64,000 nucleotides of DNA from Camelus ferus. Taxonomy: Eukaryota. Positions 26,440-40,498 of this stretch are shown here, piece by piece (the first letter of the stretch is position 1; each line of letters opens with the position of its first letter). Position numbers and translations under genes: made by a program. Under the pieces are notes generated by a model. That model saw only the letters and a list, made by a program, of their open reading frames with translations. It searched no databases and was not told the DNA's origin. The stretch lies in the NCBI RefSeq assembly GCF_009834535.1, contig NC_045697.1, positions 95,420,001 through 95,484,000 of the forward strand, given 5' to 3'.

Positions 26440-27200
26440 TATGAAACAGAGCAAATTAACTAAATACATGTATTTATAACTCATCCTCCCCACACCATTA
26501 AAACAAAAGTAACAGGGTATTATTTTTTAGGAAAAAGAAAAAAAAAGATGGTAAGATTAAACCCATAAGAACAAAGGCAATGAGAAAAAAGACATGGTCA
26601 GACATTGAATGTTGATAAATTTGGGGGGAGGACGGAAATCAGCTAGAGGATGAGTGAGTGACTTAGCGCTGTTTAGATACCTGCAACACAATAGGCTAAA
26701 GAGATCATTGTTCTTGAGGAAGAATTATGTTACCCCAAATGGATTCCTGAAAGGCACAAACAAAAATTAATGGGGCCAGAGTTATTGTGAAAACTGGTAG
26801 TGAGGCTGAATTTGAAGAATTTGGTAAAAGTATTCCTGTAGAGTGGCTGCAAAAGCTGGTCTCTCTCTAACTTCTGTCTTCCAGGCAGGGAAGAGTGAAC
26901 TGGTATTTTCTGCAGAGGAAAAGGGCTTGAATACTCATTTGGTGAAACCACGTGCATTGTTGTGTGGGTAAAGCATGGGGCTATAAAAAGAGATATTTGG
27001 AAATTGACATACTCTTTGGTGTGCACATCTGTCCCATTCACCCTTTCTATTCCCAGAACATTGAGAGCCACAGGCATTCCTTCCTGGTGGGAGACATCAA
27101 GCAGCATTTATAAAAAGATATTCAGGTACTTACTTACATTTAGGAGGTAGGGCACACAACAAAATGGTCTGATTGCTATCCAATCATTCTTCCATTCAGA
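26440..27200 (+). mobile_element. Probable ancient L1/HAL1 5'-region remnant
   Basis: 'aaacccataagaacaaaggcaatgag...gtgagtgacttagc' resembles old L1M 5' ends; very diverged. Confidence 0.35.
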
Positions 27201-27279
27201 AGTCACACACAAAACTCTAGGGTTATGTAGAAATTATTCTGCTTGCATATTAATTTTTAAATGTTTCTTTATAAATTAT

Positions 27280-27790
27280 AATACATGTTATATGAACACC
27301 CTGTCTTCCCATCACTGTTGAACTCGATCATATTATCCTGCTTCATTCTTTTTAAAGTTTGCACAAAACCCTGAAATTATGTTCCTTATTCATTTGATTA
27401 CTGATGTATTGTTTCTACTTCAATATGATAAAAGCTCCATGAGTTAAGGGACTTTCTGCCTTGTTCATTGCAGGAGTATCAGATGGAGTGCACCTGGGGT
27501 GGGAGAGTATGTACTATTGATTGTGGAGTTTCTAAACGAAATAAAGATTTTTAGATGGGACATGGATAAAAAGAAGGGGCTGGTCTTATAAATATATGGG
27601 TAGCAGAGAGCTCAAGAATAAATAGCAAAGTCAACACAAATGTCCTGGGGAATGATCTGACAGATAAAAGATATGTGAGGCTGTAGTAGAGTGAATGAAG
27701 AAAGTGGAAAAGAGCATGAAACAAATAGGAAAGAGGTAAGTAGAGGCCAGAGAATCTGGGAAGAAATTTCATGACACCGGATGTCTTCAA
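27280..27790. mobile_element. L2 fragments (sense 3' end to about 27545, then an antisense piece)
   Basis: 'aagctccatgagttaagggactttctgccttgttcattgc'; 'gtaagtagaggccaga'. Confidence 0.6.
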
Positions 27791-29849
27791 GATTGGTCTC
27801 AGCTTATTCCCATTTCTTTAAAAATAATATATATTTCACCATTACATATATCATTACATTTATACAGCACTTGGCATTTATTTATCATATATCTATACAA
27901 TATAGAAAATCAGCTTCCCTCTTCGTTTAAGGAAGTCAACACAGATTTTTCCCCTATAATCTGTTTTTTTCCCCTCAAGCTTGCAATGGATTCTGTCCCC
28001 TCTTTTAACATCTCCTGGCATAGGATAAATTAGCAATGACAACATACAATCATCATTCTATTATCCCATTGAGGCAGCACTAATAACAGACATGCCCCTG
28101 TCTAACTTTTAGTAGCAACATCAAATAGCAAGCGCACAATTTTTGAGAAAAATGTATCACTGTGAGTTGCCAAGGGTTACATAGTTTATTTGTTGCAATA
28201 ATGTGAAACTTATACTCTAAGGGATATGAACACGGGGCATATCTACATGGGACTGACTTACCAACATTAGCGCTTTTTATTTGCATTCGTTTTTCTCAAG
28301 AAGGAGAACATAATTGAACACATAATGGCTGTTAAGGAGTCTAAGAGTCTATAATGGCAAATATAGCCAATGACGGTCTTGGCCAATAATTTGCCATACT
28401 CTTCAGTGTGTTGACTAGATGTGGGCATCATAATAAATAACATTTCATGTCCTGTACTGAACCACAGCTGGTGAATTCTTACTGCAGTGATAAAAGTGAG
28501 TCTACAGAGTATGCTGTGGACTTTACCTGAAACTGGAAATCCAGAAACAGCACTTCAGGACAGAACTTCTTTGTCCAGTGCCCACACCCTGAGTCCCATT
28601 GTGACTGATACACAACATGTTATCTTTAAGGCAGCATCTGCCCTGAAGGCAATAAGCATAACAGTTTCATTTTGTTGTATCTCTCTGGAGCCAAGTTTTA
28701 GCCGTTCCCAATGTGCAATTTTATAAACTCAGGTACTGAAAAGGTTGACAAAGTGGCAGGGAATAAAAAGCTCACATCAAAGCCCTGATCTAATGATATG
28801 AGCTTTACCCTGAGGACTTGCTTCCCTTCAAGGGATAACATCAGAGAAATTGGAAGATTTTTGAAGTATACTGTAATGAAAATAAGAGACTGATCTACAT
28901 CAGTGCAATGCTGGGGTTTCCTGCTTGGTGCATCCTTTTTATAACATTGAGTCCTAATAATGCACAGCATTGTCCAGTGTGCATTTTTTCCCTTGCAAGT
29001 TTTTGTGCCAGGTGGAAATTTGTAACACTGGGATTTTGACTTGTGAAAGTAGCTTCTTTACACAAATTTTGATTTTAGAAATTGAGCTAGAAGGGAAAAA
29101 AATAAGAAAATGCCCCAGTGACTGAGTTGTCTAGTTACAATGATAAAATCTTAGTATTTCTGTCTATTTCATAATTTGTAATTTTGAGTATTCTTGCCCT
29201 AAATGAAGTCTTTCAAAAATAGAATACTATGGAGAAAGCCCACAAGTGTTTCCAGGTTGAAATGTGAAAGTTCAATCAGCTAAAAATGACAAGTATTTTA
29301 TGATAGTATGTATATTCATCTAGTATGTATTAAACTCATCAAATGAATAAGATGTTGTCAACTCTGAAGGAACTGAAAAATTAGAGAGTATTTAATATCC
29401 ATCCAAATAATTTCAAAACACAATGGAAGAAATTAGCCATAAGAGAAACACAGATGCAGATCTGTGGCATGCCAGTATTTGCGTACATTTTTTGACTTAG
29501 GGGACCTGAGGTAGTTTGTGGAAGATGTAGACAATGACTTAATCATTAGGCAAAAGTCAAGGCATCACTAAATAAATCTTGAAGACCCACACATACAGCA
29601 AATATGCCCATGAAGCTTGTGTATGGCCAGCACAATCCAACATCAAGAGAGTGTTTCCATAACTCTGCTGACACTTGCATGGTAGTAAGAGTTACCACCA
29701 CCTCTGCCGCCTCTCTACTCTATCCAGCAGTTCCCCTCCGGTATCAGTTAGCCACCTTCATAGAGTTGAGTAAAATCAGAGCTTCTTCACAAAACCTACT
29801 CCAGCCTCACAGGCTTTTATCTGTTAGATCATGACCCAGGTCTTCTGCA

Positions 29850-30200
29850 CTGGCTTTCCTATTTATCTTTATACTCCCTCCTACTCTTGTATTTGCAAAA
29901 CTAATTCCTTCTCTTCATTCAGGTCTTAATTCAAAGGTCAACTCATCTTAGAAATCTTCTTTGACATTTCACTATATATTATCACCCCCTCCTTCACCCT
30001 TGCTGCAGTTGATTACATTATCCGTGCCCCCCCAACTCCTTTTAAAATTGTATGAGCATTTGAAATTACTTTCTTTATTCATTTGATTGCTAGTTTATTA
30101 TATCTACCACCACAGGATAAATGTTTCATTGTTTCAGGACTCCTGTCTGTCCTTTTACCTTGCGATAGAATAGGTACTCAGTAAATATTTGTTTAATGGA
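29850..30200 (+). mobile_element. L2 3' end
   Basis: 'cattcaggtcttaattcaaaggtcaactcatcttagaaatcttctttgac...aataggtactcagtaaatatttgtttaatg'. Confidence 0.75.
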
Positions 30201-30261
30201 TATATATTTACACATCCTCCCCCGACTTTTTTTTTTTTCTCTTAAATTCTCCCTTTTCCAG

Positions 30262-30355
30262 TTTTGTCCTTGTGTAAGATTTTTTACTTAACACAATACA
30301 TGTTTGGTAACAGTATCAGTTTGAAAATAACTTTGGAGCAATCAAATCCAAGAAG
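30262..30355 (+). other. Candidate spliced exon (94 nt)
   Basis: Acceptor 'ttttttttttttctcttaaattctcccttttccag' and consensus donor AAG|GTAAGT; one frame open. No transcript evidence. Confidence 0.3.
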
Positions 30356-30424
30356 GTAAGTAAACCAAATGTGAAGCTGATGAATGAATTTAACACCTTT
30401 CCCCAAATAAGGTGTAATGTTCAC

Positions 30425-30645
30425 AACAGAAAAGAGAGTGGTCTTTGCTGTGAATCATGCTAGGTGAGAATTTTACCTTTTGTGTGTAATTTGAAAAGTT
30501 ATACTCTTTCAAACTCCATTTTGCATCTGAAAAAAATGAAAAGTATATAGTATATCCAGCTGTGAGAATTAAATGAATTAATTTACATGAAAGGGTATAT
30601 CAAACAGCACTTGATAACAGAGTTGAGATTTAATAAATATGTGCT
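30425..30645 (+). mobile_element. MIR SINE
   Basis: 'gcatctgaaaaaatgaaaagta...ctgtgagaattaaatgaattaatttacatgaaag...aataaatatg'. Confidence 0.7.
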
Positions 30646-31315
30646 TATATCTTTACCCTTTTGCCTTATTCCCTCAAGCTAACAAAGTTCCCAGCTCAAA
30701 TCAGAATTGTAATTTCCGTTAGGCACAAGGGCGATGCCAGGGGAGCCTGATGGTGAACCATTTCGCCTTGGGCTTCCCAGGCAAGTATCACTCTAGATCC
30801 CTACCTTAGGAGTGTCGGAGCTGTCAGTGCAACTGTGGGAGTGGATGTTCATTAAATTAATGTCTGTATCTTAATTTAAGAAAGTTAATTGATTTGTGAA
30901 GAAGAAAGCTACTCCTCAAATGCCTGGTTTTGGAAGACACAATGCAAGTGTAAAATGCTTAAAGAAACTATCGATATCCTTGAGATTTCAAATGTATTTT
31001 CATACAGTAAAAAACATATTTTCTTTTAATTATTTTATAGTCTTCCATATGTTTGAATGTTACATTTTCATTTTAATCTAGTATTTTTCTCTTTCCTTTT
31101 TGTTAATTTTAAAAGACATTATTCTGTTCTTCACACCAAAGAATGAACTTTTGGATCTATTTGTCTTTCAAATTCATTTAGTGGTTTTCTTTTTCACTAA
31201 TTTCAGCTTTTATTTTTATTGTTGTTCTTTCCTACTTTTGGTTTTCACTACTTTTGTTGTTGTTTTTGTTGTTAAATTTATTAGGATAAGTACTAAGATC
31301 TTTTTTTCAGTAATG

Positions 31316-31984
31316 TGTGGAGAAAATGCAATTAGAAACAAAATCTCCTCACAACCTAGAAAGCACATCCAGAGGTAAAAGAGAAAGAAAACAATTTTAT
31401 TATGAAGGAAGCATTAAACCAGAATGTGAGGCTCATCAGAAGCAATCCACTGATTCTGCCAAAACAAAGCAGTCTCACACGACGCCAGCAGGTAGGACCT
31501 ATTACACACATGTTCTTACGATAAATAGTAACTGGACCTCAAGTTAAAGACAGTAGCAGCACCGCTGGGCACTGACACACCTGATATTTGAGGTGCCCAT
31601 TGTGTTCGCTAATTAGCTTCATTCAAAGGAAACATAAACTTCTCATATCTTTATAACAAGAGGTCACTGTGCAAGTTGGAGGGAGGCGCCTGTTGAAGTT
31701 AGGCTCTTACCCTCCCGTAGAAAGTGGGAGACAGGAGCTCTTTCTTCTTTGATGGTTACAGTACAAAGAGATGGTCCTTGAGAAAGACATTTTCTGGGTT
31801 GTAAATTCAGCAAGAGATTTATTTTAGCGTTTAAAAAAGATTCCCATACATTTCAAAGAGACAAAGAACTTATAATGACAAGTTTCCTAAAGTAAATACC
31901 TTCAGAAAAGGGAGTTGGTGTGTCTCTTCCTTTATTTTTCAACAGGGAGAATTAAGCTTCTTATTTTCAATTTGTATTTGGTCC
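31316..31984 (-). mobile_element. ERV1-class (MER4-group-like) solo LTR
   Basis: Starts TGTGGAGAAAA; TTTATT near 31396 (AATAAA on minus); 'aacttctcatatctttat...gaagttaggctcttaccctccc...ccttgagaaagacatt'; TAATG at 31311-31315 and 31985-31989. Confidence 0.7.
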
Positions 31985-34734
31985 TAATGAGTGAAAGAGT
32001 TCGTAGGCTGCTGAGCTTCTGCTGAGAATCGGCTTTGCCAGAGGCTTTACGTGCTGCCTCCAACCCCCAGCATTTCCACTTTGAAGTGAGTAACATTCGT
32101 TCGATTAGCTCTACGGACAAAGTAGCGTGCGTTCAGTGGACGTTGCGTCTTCCCAGCATCACTGAAATGGACCCAAGGAGAAGAGGGAATGTGATGCAAA
32201 TTACAGTGGGGGGACAGATCAGGAGAGGTTTCAGAGAGATATCATTGAAAGAAGACACGAGGATATGCCCCATCATGGGAGATACCAGGTACTTGATGTT
32301 TCAGCCAGGACCACACGTTGGGAGATTCTCGTACAAGTGTTCTGGGGTTCGCAGCTGGAGAACTCCACGAAAGCTTTAAGCACCCGGGGAAGATGGAATG
32401 TGAAAAAACTGTCTCAGAAACATTAATCCGCTGGCTGAACATACATGGGAGGCTGATAATGAGAAGGAAAATTGGAAGCTAAAGCAAAAAAAAAAAAAAA
32501 AAAAAAAAATTCTAGACTTAAAAGCTGATAAAATAGGCACACATCTATGCCATATGAGATTCAAAAATGTGCTAAAAATGACCCATGGAATTGTTGAGCT
32601 CTCTTCTTTACTCTGAAGCTTTGATAGGACTTAATATCACTATGTTTTCAAACACTCCCTCAACTTTGAATGCCTTCATGATATGTTTACCTTTTACCAT
32701 TTCTCTTCTAGCATTTTCTGGGCTTTTGAAATTGCTTCTTTTCTATTCCTTTTCTCTAAACGTAGGCATCCCCCAAGGCTAACGGGCATCTGTGGTTCTC
32801 CTAAATTTCTTCCTGAGCATGATGACATCCAGTCAGAAGTTAACTTCTCGTCAGTAAGTTCTATGGCACTTTTCATCAATGCCATTGCCATTAGCCTCAG
32901 TGGGCATCTGCTTTTGTGTCTTTCGGGGATAACACACAGTAGTGGTTCATGAAGAAATGTTCAGGTAGCCAGATATATCAGTAATGTGTCTGATCTTGCG
33001 GGAGTAGAAGGAGCAGGTTGAATGAGAACTCCCAAAGTCTTGATGAAATAAAAACTAGTGTGAGCTAATTTCAGAGGAGTTTTCAATTACTGAGGAAAAA
33101 GACATGTGTGTAAGGACTAGGAATCCACGCAGAAAGTCATTAAACAAAGAGCTTCTATAAAAGAAGAGAGGTGACTGCATGGGGAGTGACAGCTCCAGGG
33201 AGGGAAATGTGAATAATACAGGAAAGCAGGAGCCTAAAGATCAAACATCAGAGTCTTCCAAAGCTTCGGCTGCTGAGGGTGTGACCTGTCATGTGTCCTC
33301 TCATAAGGCTTGACCAGATGTTTACAAAGTTCTGTACAGCCACAAATTCTATGCTTCTATGAATCTCAATAGCAAAATTAGCAAATTTAGAGACCTTTTG
33401 ATTTATTTTCTTAAAGCAATGGAAATCTTAACCTTGGTTAATAATTTCATGTAGATACACTTTATTGTGCAGATTCTGAGTCTGATTCTACCCAACCACG
33501 CCCATACAGTGGTCATTTGAAATGATTCTATAGATGCGGAGGGATGGTAATATTTTGGTACCTGGTTTCAACACTGATTCTCCAGGAATCAGTGCCCTGA
33601 ATGGAAAAAGAATAGCATCTCCCCTTTGCCCCAAGGACCCATTAGGTTTCTCACACATCAGGAGTACAGAACCAAGCAGTAAGGAGAATCAAGAATCACT
33701 ACTCTTTCCTTTTTAACTTATGTACTGACTTTCAAAGTTATTTGCAAATGCATATTGCTGGACCTGAAAAAAAATCTATTTTTCTATCTTAATCACAATA
33801 TGATCAATAAGTGATCACAGGGTTCGCTCATCTGCCCGCTGGCTTTTATTTTGATCTCTTTGTTCTTTTATTTCTCTCTCCCCTCCTTCACTTTCAAGCA
33901 GCTTTTGCGTTTCGCATTTCTGAAATTTTCTTAGAAACTGATGAGTTTCAGTTTCTATACTAATGAAATCTTCCATTTTCGGATATGCTGTTAGCACAAC
34001 TCAGCACTTGAATGCCTTCAATCTGTCCCAGAAAGAAGAATCAGCACTGGAGGGAAAAATCATTGTGCAGTTTACAAAAAAATACAATATTTTAGATTAA
34101 CATGCTTTGTTGTGAGGAAAGACAGAGGAGGATTTAGCTAAGGAAGAGAAGAAACTGTGCTGTCAGTACCAGGAATCTACATTGTCCTTGAGGTTATTTG
34201 AGTGCTGCTGTGATCCCAGGGCTCAAACCACAATTCCTGTAAGCAGCTCGACAAGTGGATATGGGTCTAACATAGTGATTGGTACTTATGTCAGAGGGCA
34301 GAGACAATGTGAAAAACAGGTGTGTTCAAATGGGAAACAGCAAATATAAAACTGAGCCCATCGTTATGATTACAGAGAATTGTCAGTCATTGTTGAATCA
34401 CAGGTAAGGTGAAGAGGGGTTTGCAATCTGAGGGCTTGCAAACAATTGTTCTCCTATGGCTGTAGATTGAGCCTCTCTGGTCTTGTTGTTATTGTTTATC
34501 CTGTATTTAAGAAGAGACATATCACTTTTTGAAGCATGTCAGAATAAGCATTTGTGACTCTTTTCCCTTTAGTAACCTGAGTCACCAGTTTGGGGTTCTC
34601 TTAGTACTCAGTTTTTTACTTCCCCCCTGCCTGCTACTCCTTAATGTTACCCTGTTTTCCTATTTTCATACATGCATTTTTCCTCTGTTCAGCAGAAAGC
34701 ACTTTAGTCTTCCAATGTGTCTTAAATCAGCATC

Positions 34735-35230
34735 AGTAATTCATTTATTCTTTCATAAATATTTATCGCACTTTTTCTCTGTACCAGTTCTTGTGCTAAG
34801 CAGTGAGGGCACATCTTGAGTCAGACTCACATGATCTCTGCTCTCAGAGAGCTTAGAGTTCTTAAGAGAACAAAAATATTAAGCTAGTAATATTCATAAA
34901 GTGTGATGAGTGTCAGGATGAGGAAAGTACCAGTGTATTCGTGACAGATAACGTAAGGGCCCCATCTTGTTAAGAAGTCAAGAAATGCCTCCTGAAAAAA
35001 AAAATAAGTGTTTACAGTGAGATGTGAAACACACATTGGAGAAAAGATGTGGGAAAGTGTGATAAGTATAGGAAACCTATGAAAATGCCTTCAGATGAGG
35101 GTTAGTTTAGTTTATTTAACGAATTAAAACATGGAGTGTTTGTCCTTTACTCTAAAACAAATGAGCAGCTGTTAAAACATTAACAACGAAAAGGGCAGAT
35201 TGAAATTGGATGTGTAGGTGGAAGTGGTTT
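34735..35230 (-). mobile_element. L2, antisense
   Basis: 'tcatttattctttcataaatatttatcgcac...tgtgctaagc...tctctgctctcagagagcttagagt'. Confidence 0.75.
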
Positions 35231-37034
35231 GTAGTCAGAGTGATATGAAGAAACATGCAGGTCCTCAGGTAGCATCAACATACACAGACCTCAAGCTCTT
35301 GCCCACACTGACTTTAGATCACCATTCTCCCACCCTTTTGTGATTCGGGAATAACCTTCTTCTTAGAGGCTTCAGCCATTGGCCACAAATTTCTGTGACC
35401 ATTTTCATCCATATTCTCCACCCCCTTTCAGCCTCTTCCTTTCAGTGAACACTTTGCACTCGCCACAGTCTTCTTCCCAATTGCAAATTCTGCTGTTGTT
35501 CTATGTGACATCCGCACGCATAGGTGGGTCCTGACCACACCCTAGTCGCCAAGCACTTAGAGCTGCTACACCTCCTGCGTGATGCTCCTCCATTCTCCTG
35601 AGACACTCCCATACTGTAGTAGGTCTTGAAAATGTTTCCCACCCTATCAAAATACACTTCTTAAATAAAGCAATCACAATAATACTTCTCTTGTAACGTG
35701 GAAGAATATACAAGACTTCTATTTAGTGCAGTCTGGTAATAGGTGAAAAGCTAAGCAGGCTGTGATGATGTCTTCACGAGGAAGGAGGATGACGTCCTTG
35801 GAAATCGAGATTCACACGCACACAAAACAAAACAAAAATTCAAAAAAGAATCCAAACAAAATCCAGCCCAAATAAAACATCTCAGTGTCCATTGTCAAGT
35901 AAATCTGGTGGTAGTTGTGGTGATGGTGGTGTTTTATTTCCTGTCGTTAAATTTTGATTGAACTTAAGGGTATAAATGTTGTGTCCAAGGGAGGATAGCA
36001 TACACTATTTTACATACCCGTGAGAAATTGTCTCCTTTACTATAAAAATAACTGTATGTTTTAGATTTTGGTATATATGCCAAAAAGGCTATTGACAGAA
36101 GGTGATGTTTTCAATTAGAGGTAGAACAGCACAGAGACGTAATGATTGCAGAGCCTCCATTTTAAGCTGTGTTTTTTCCCTCAGAAGATACAAAGGGTTG
36201 CTGATATGGAATAGGGCTTGCAAGCTTCAAAAACCTGAAATGTTTCTCTAGTATTTGATAAAAACTTTGAAAGTGCCTTAAGAACACATGTCGTGCTAAC
36301 AAGATCAAGCCTATTTTAAAGCAGAAGGTTTCCAGTGGTTGTATACAGCAATACACAATTACTACAGAAACTGAAACCCAGAACTGGGATGCCAACATAG
36401 CAGAAACCTAAACACCTTAGTGTGGTGTGGAAAAAGTTACTCCCACTGGAAGGATGAATTAAAATTAAAATTTCAGCAAGAAAGTGGATCTTGCTCTGAG
36501 CTGATGTAGCTTCAAATCAATGAACAAATTGACAAGGAGCTTGCTAGCCTTATTACTAAAGTAATTTCAAGGGAAATATAATACATTTGGGGTTTTTAGC
36601 CTCAGATGATATTTTCTTTGGTCTTTATTTTTTTCATTCCATATATTGATGACCACAAGTACTGTCTTCAAAACTTTCATTTTTTTAAATTCTAATTTAT
36701 CTTAGAAATTTTTGAGAGGGAAGTATGATATAATATCATTAGCTGACAAAAATGATGAATCTCCTCACTAGGATAATGTATATCTGATGATTTGCATAAA
36801 TATTTCCTGTTGGTTATGGAGCCCATGGATAGAATCAAGCCCATATGGGGATCCCTATGAGGTCGCCATCCTAGGTTTGTTACATTTCCATTGAAATTAC
36901 TTTGGTTTCGCCTAATAGGATACCCATTCCATTAGACGCTGCAAGGAGAGGGGCTGTGTCTAGTTCATCTCTGGTGTAGTGGGGAACAAAAAGCAGTCAT
37001 TAAAGGTTGTCAGCTGAAAAAATAAATGATTTCT

Positions 37035-37495
37035 TGCTTTTATTTTTTATTTTATTTTATTTTTTGTATGTATATTTATTGAAGTATAGTCAGTTTACAA
37101 TGTGTCAATTTCTGTTCTACAGCGCAATGCTTCAGTCATACATGAACATACATATATTCATTTTCATGTTCTTTTTCACCATAAGTTACTACAATATATT
37201 GAATATAGTTTCCTGTGCTATATACAGTATGACTTGTTGTTTATCAATTTTATATATACTAGTTAGTATCTGCAAATCTCGAACTCCAAATTTATCCCAT
37301 CCCACCTTCTTCCCACCTCCTGGTAACCACAATTTTGTTCTCTGTGTCTAGGAGCTTGTTTCTGTTTTGCAAATAAGTTTGTTTATCTTTTCTTTAGATT
37401 CCATATATAAGTGATATCATATGGTATTTTTCTTTCTCTTTCTGATTTGCTTCACTTAGAATGCCAATCTCCAGGTCCATCCATGTTGCTGCAAA
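37035..37495 (-). mobile_element. Young L1 3' end, same family as 13138-13794
   Basis: Near reverse complement of about 13370-13775 (e.g. 'ttattgaagtatagtcagtttacaatgtgtcaatttctg'), preceded by a T-rich tail. Confidence 0.92.
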
Positions 37496-37629
37496 TTATG
37501 GCCTCACTTGTCTTCTTAACTCTAGTTCTATATTGTATCTATATTTCTAGGTCATTTTGAATTTGAAAATTAATGTACTCATTATTGATTTAATCATAGA
37601 AGCACAGAATTCTAGAAACATTTAAAAAA

Positions 37630-38110
37630 TTTTGTTTTCTCAGTCATCTAGACCTGACACTTCAGAATCGCCTTCCACCTTCTCTTCTTATTCTCTCTAC
37701 TGTCCTCATTTCAGGGCTTCCCTAACTTTCCTCAAGAACATTTCATTCCTTGACTAACCTATTTGTCTGTTTTGATTCTTACCCTAATATGGTGTGTTTT
37801 AGCTCATATTTATATTAATAATTTTAAAGCATGAACCTGATTACATTTCTCACATTCAAAAAAATCTTAATTAGCTCATAATTGGCTACAAGATAAATAA
37901 AAATATTTAAAATCTGATCAAAGAAATCTTTAACCATATGTATTCAACAGCATCCAAAGAATTAGTGCCTGTTTTCTAAGATCTGAATAGTCCTCTGTGT
38001 TTCAGCCTTTGCTTTCCCACCACTTGGAATTCTCTCCCTGTTTCACCTCTGCCTGTCTAAACAGTGCTTACCTTCCATCCATCACTCAAATGCCTCCTTA
38101 TTCCTGTTAC
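37630..38110 (+). mobile_element. L2 fragment
   Basis: 'cacttggaattctctccctg...ctgcctgtctaa...cttaccttccatcc...ctcaaatgcctcct'. Confidence 0.55.
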
Positions 38111-40336
38111 TCAAAACCAGCATATGTTATGCTAAATTTAAATCAGTAAGAGAAAAGAATAATTACATGCAGACCACTGCAAATAAATTCTTCAAAAAAT
38201 CACTGAAAAGACTCAGTATAGCTGTTAATAGGTGGAAAACACAAAAACAGAGAGAATACTCTGGAATGCACATATATTTTATGTCCTCAGTAATTCTGTC
38301 CTTCTGAGTCAGAGAATGGCTTCAAGAAGTATCTAATAAAATTAAATCAACATATACCCAAAATTAAACAGTCTGAGCAGATATAAAAATATTACAAACA
38401 TGGAGTTGTATGTGTTTATTTTGATTCTAAAGAATTTTAAGTAAGAAAAAAGAAATAACTGTATCAAGCACTTACAACTGTGAAAATAAAAATGTAATGA
38501 AACAGAGGAAAGAAGGAAATGGTGTTTGGATGGTTAGGAAAACACAAAGGTGAAAATTCAAGAAGACTTTAAAAAGATCTAATGCAAACCACACAACCTA
38601 ACCACAATCATCTTTAATACATTTTTGTAGGAAAAGCTAAGTCACTGTTCTCAGGTTGTGCATGTTCAGTGGTGCCAGGATATCTTAGAGTTGATCCTTA
38701 GTCCAGTAAACCATTTATTTTGGCCAAGACACAATGTTCTTCTGAATTTCTGCAACAGACATTAGTAGTTCTGGAAAGCTGCTAAGAAACATATGTGTGT
38801 GTATACATATATATTTGGATATATATACACATACACTAATCGTACTAAAATAAAGCCACATATATACACATAAGCAAATACATTTTTTCTTGGTTAAATC
38901 AAAATTTTATAATTTTTTTTTCACATGAATGCACCTTAGTTATAGCAAAATGACAAGGTAAATTCATTGGTTTGTTTGTGACCAGTATAAAACCACTAAA
39001 TAAGTTTAAAAAATAGATTGCTATTTTGAAAATAACAGCAGTATAGCTCTTTGAAATAATCTTTAAAATTGTTTTCGATTAGCCATTGAATATTTGATGT
39101 TCTATTTAATACACATCAGAGATGTTTAAAGATGTTATAACTTATTTTTCTTTCTATTAGGAAACACTATGAAACAATAGAGAAACATTCCTAGAAGTTC
39201 TTCAGTAGTTAAGTACAATCAAATAATTAACTGTCCTGGGATACATTTCAGAAAAAATTCTAGAAAGTCTTTCAATCATATAAATTAATTCTAGTGCCTT
39301 TTTTGGTAAGCATTCACTAATTTTGAAGGCTATCAGCAGTTTAAAACACTGGAAAAAAATTAAACATGAGGATTCACAATGTAATCATGGCTACTTAAGA
39401 TCTTGTATAATCATGCTGTCAATCAGCACAACAAATACTCATTTCAGAAGAATTTAATATCAGTAGCATTGAGGTAAGAATTAGTCTAATTTTCCTCTTT
39501 ACCACCAGTTATAAATAACCATCCACGCAAATCTAGGAGAGAGAGGAAATCTCAAGTATTTCCTCGTAGATAATCACTTGAGCTAGATTTCTCTTGGCAA
39601 CCATTCAAGGAAAAAAGGAAAAGTATTCTGCCTATAAGCAAAATCCACAATCATCAGTTACAATACATAATTAGTAGATTTTAGAATGCAAAATTGTTAA
39701 TGGAAAGCATTTTAAAATAAAGAAATTGAATAATGAGACATACAGTTTGCTCTGGAATGTTTGTATGGGGTGAAACTTTCTAAAAGGGTCATTTATTTGA
39801 TTAAACACATTTCTTAATATCTATGTCACAAATCAATAGTGTTAACTGTTTAGATCTAAAGAGTTTATAAACATAAAAATAGGTTATAACAAATGGAATA
39901 ATGGGTCAATCTGTTATAAAAGTTTATATGGCATTGAAAGTGTTATCCCACAAATACTTACTGAGTGTCTGGTGTCAGTCAGATACTGTGCTAAGTGCTG
40001 AGGAAAATTTAAACAATATCATATTTTTACATATACACACATCCATACACACACTAGTCATAGGTAAAGTGTATATAAGTAAAATATCTAGAATCATTTT
40101 TGTAAAAAGGCTCTAAAATTTTCAATACTATGGTAATTTTCAATACTGTATTGTTATAATTATAACACATATATACACACAAGTTAGTGGCCAAGGATGA
40201 CATGTGACTGCTTACTTTCAAGTCAATGTGACTGGAGAATTTATGTTAGTCCTACACTGCTGTATAGCCCTATTTACAACAGAATTTACAAACAAACAAT
40301 ACATATACAAATAAAAGTAAAATTGTAGTAGATATT

Positions 40337-40446
40337 GTGGAATGGCTTCCCCAGCATATTCCTATCTTCTAGTGTATCTACCGTTCAGTAAAATATGAAC
40401 AGGGAATACAGAAACAACAAAGCAAACAAATTTAAATATATATATT

Positions 40447-40498
<52 letters not shown>

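Noticed and set aside
32766..32853. Apparent 88-nt exon (pyrimidine tract-TAG ... TCA|GTAAGT) with an open frame
   Set aside because: 'tctaaacgtaggcatcccccaaggct' resembles a decayed L2 motif and the donor is weak; probably chance sites in a repeat.
35761..35820. C/D-box snoRNA suggested by GTGATGA
   Set aside because: No suitably placed CTGA D box or terminal stem.
37007..37351. Similar hydrophobic ORFs here and at 46454-46833 and 15767-15958, looking like a small membrane-protein family
   Set aside because: All are antisense translations of L1 3' UTR copies.
40117..40150. Tandem duplicate AATTTTCAATACT
   Set aside because: Single small slippage duplication in AT-rich DNA with no further structure.
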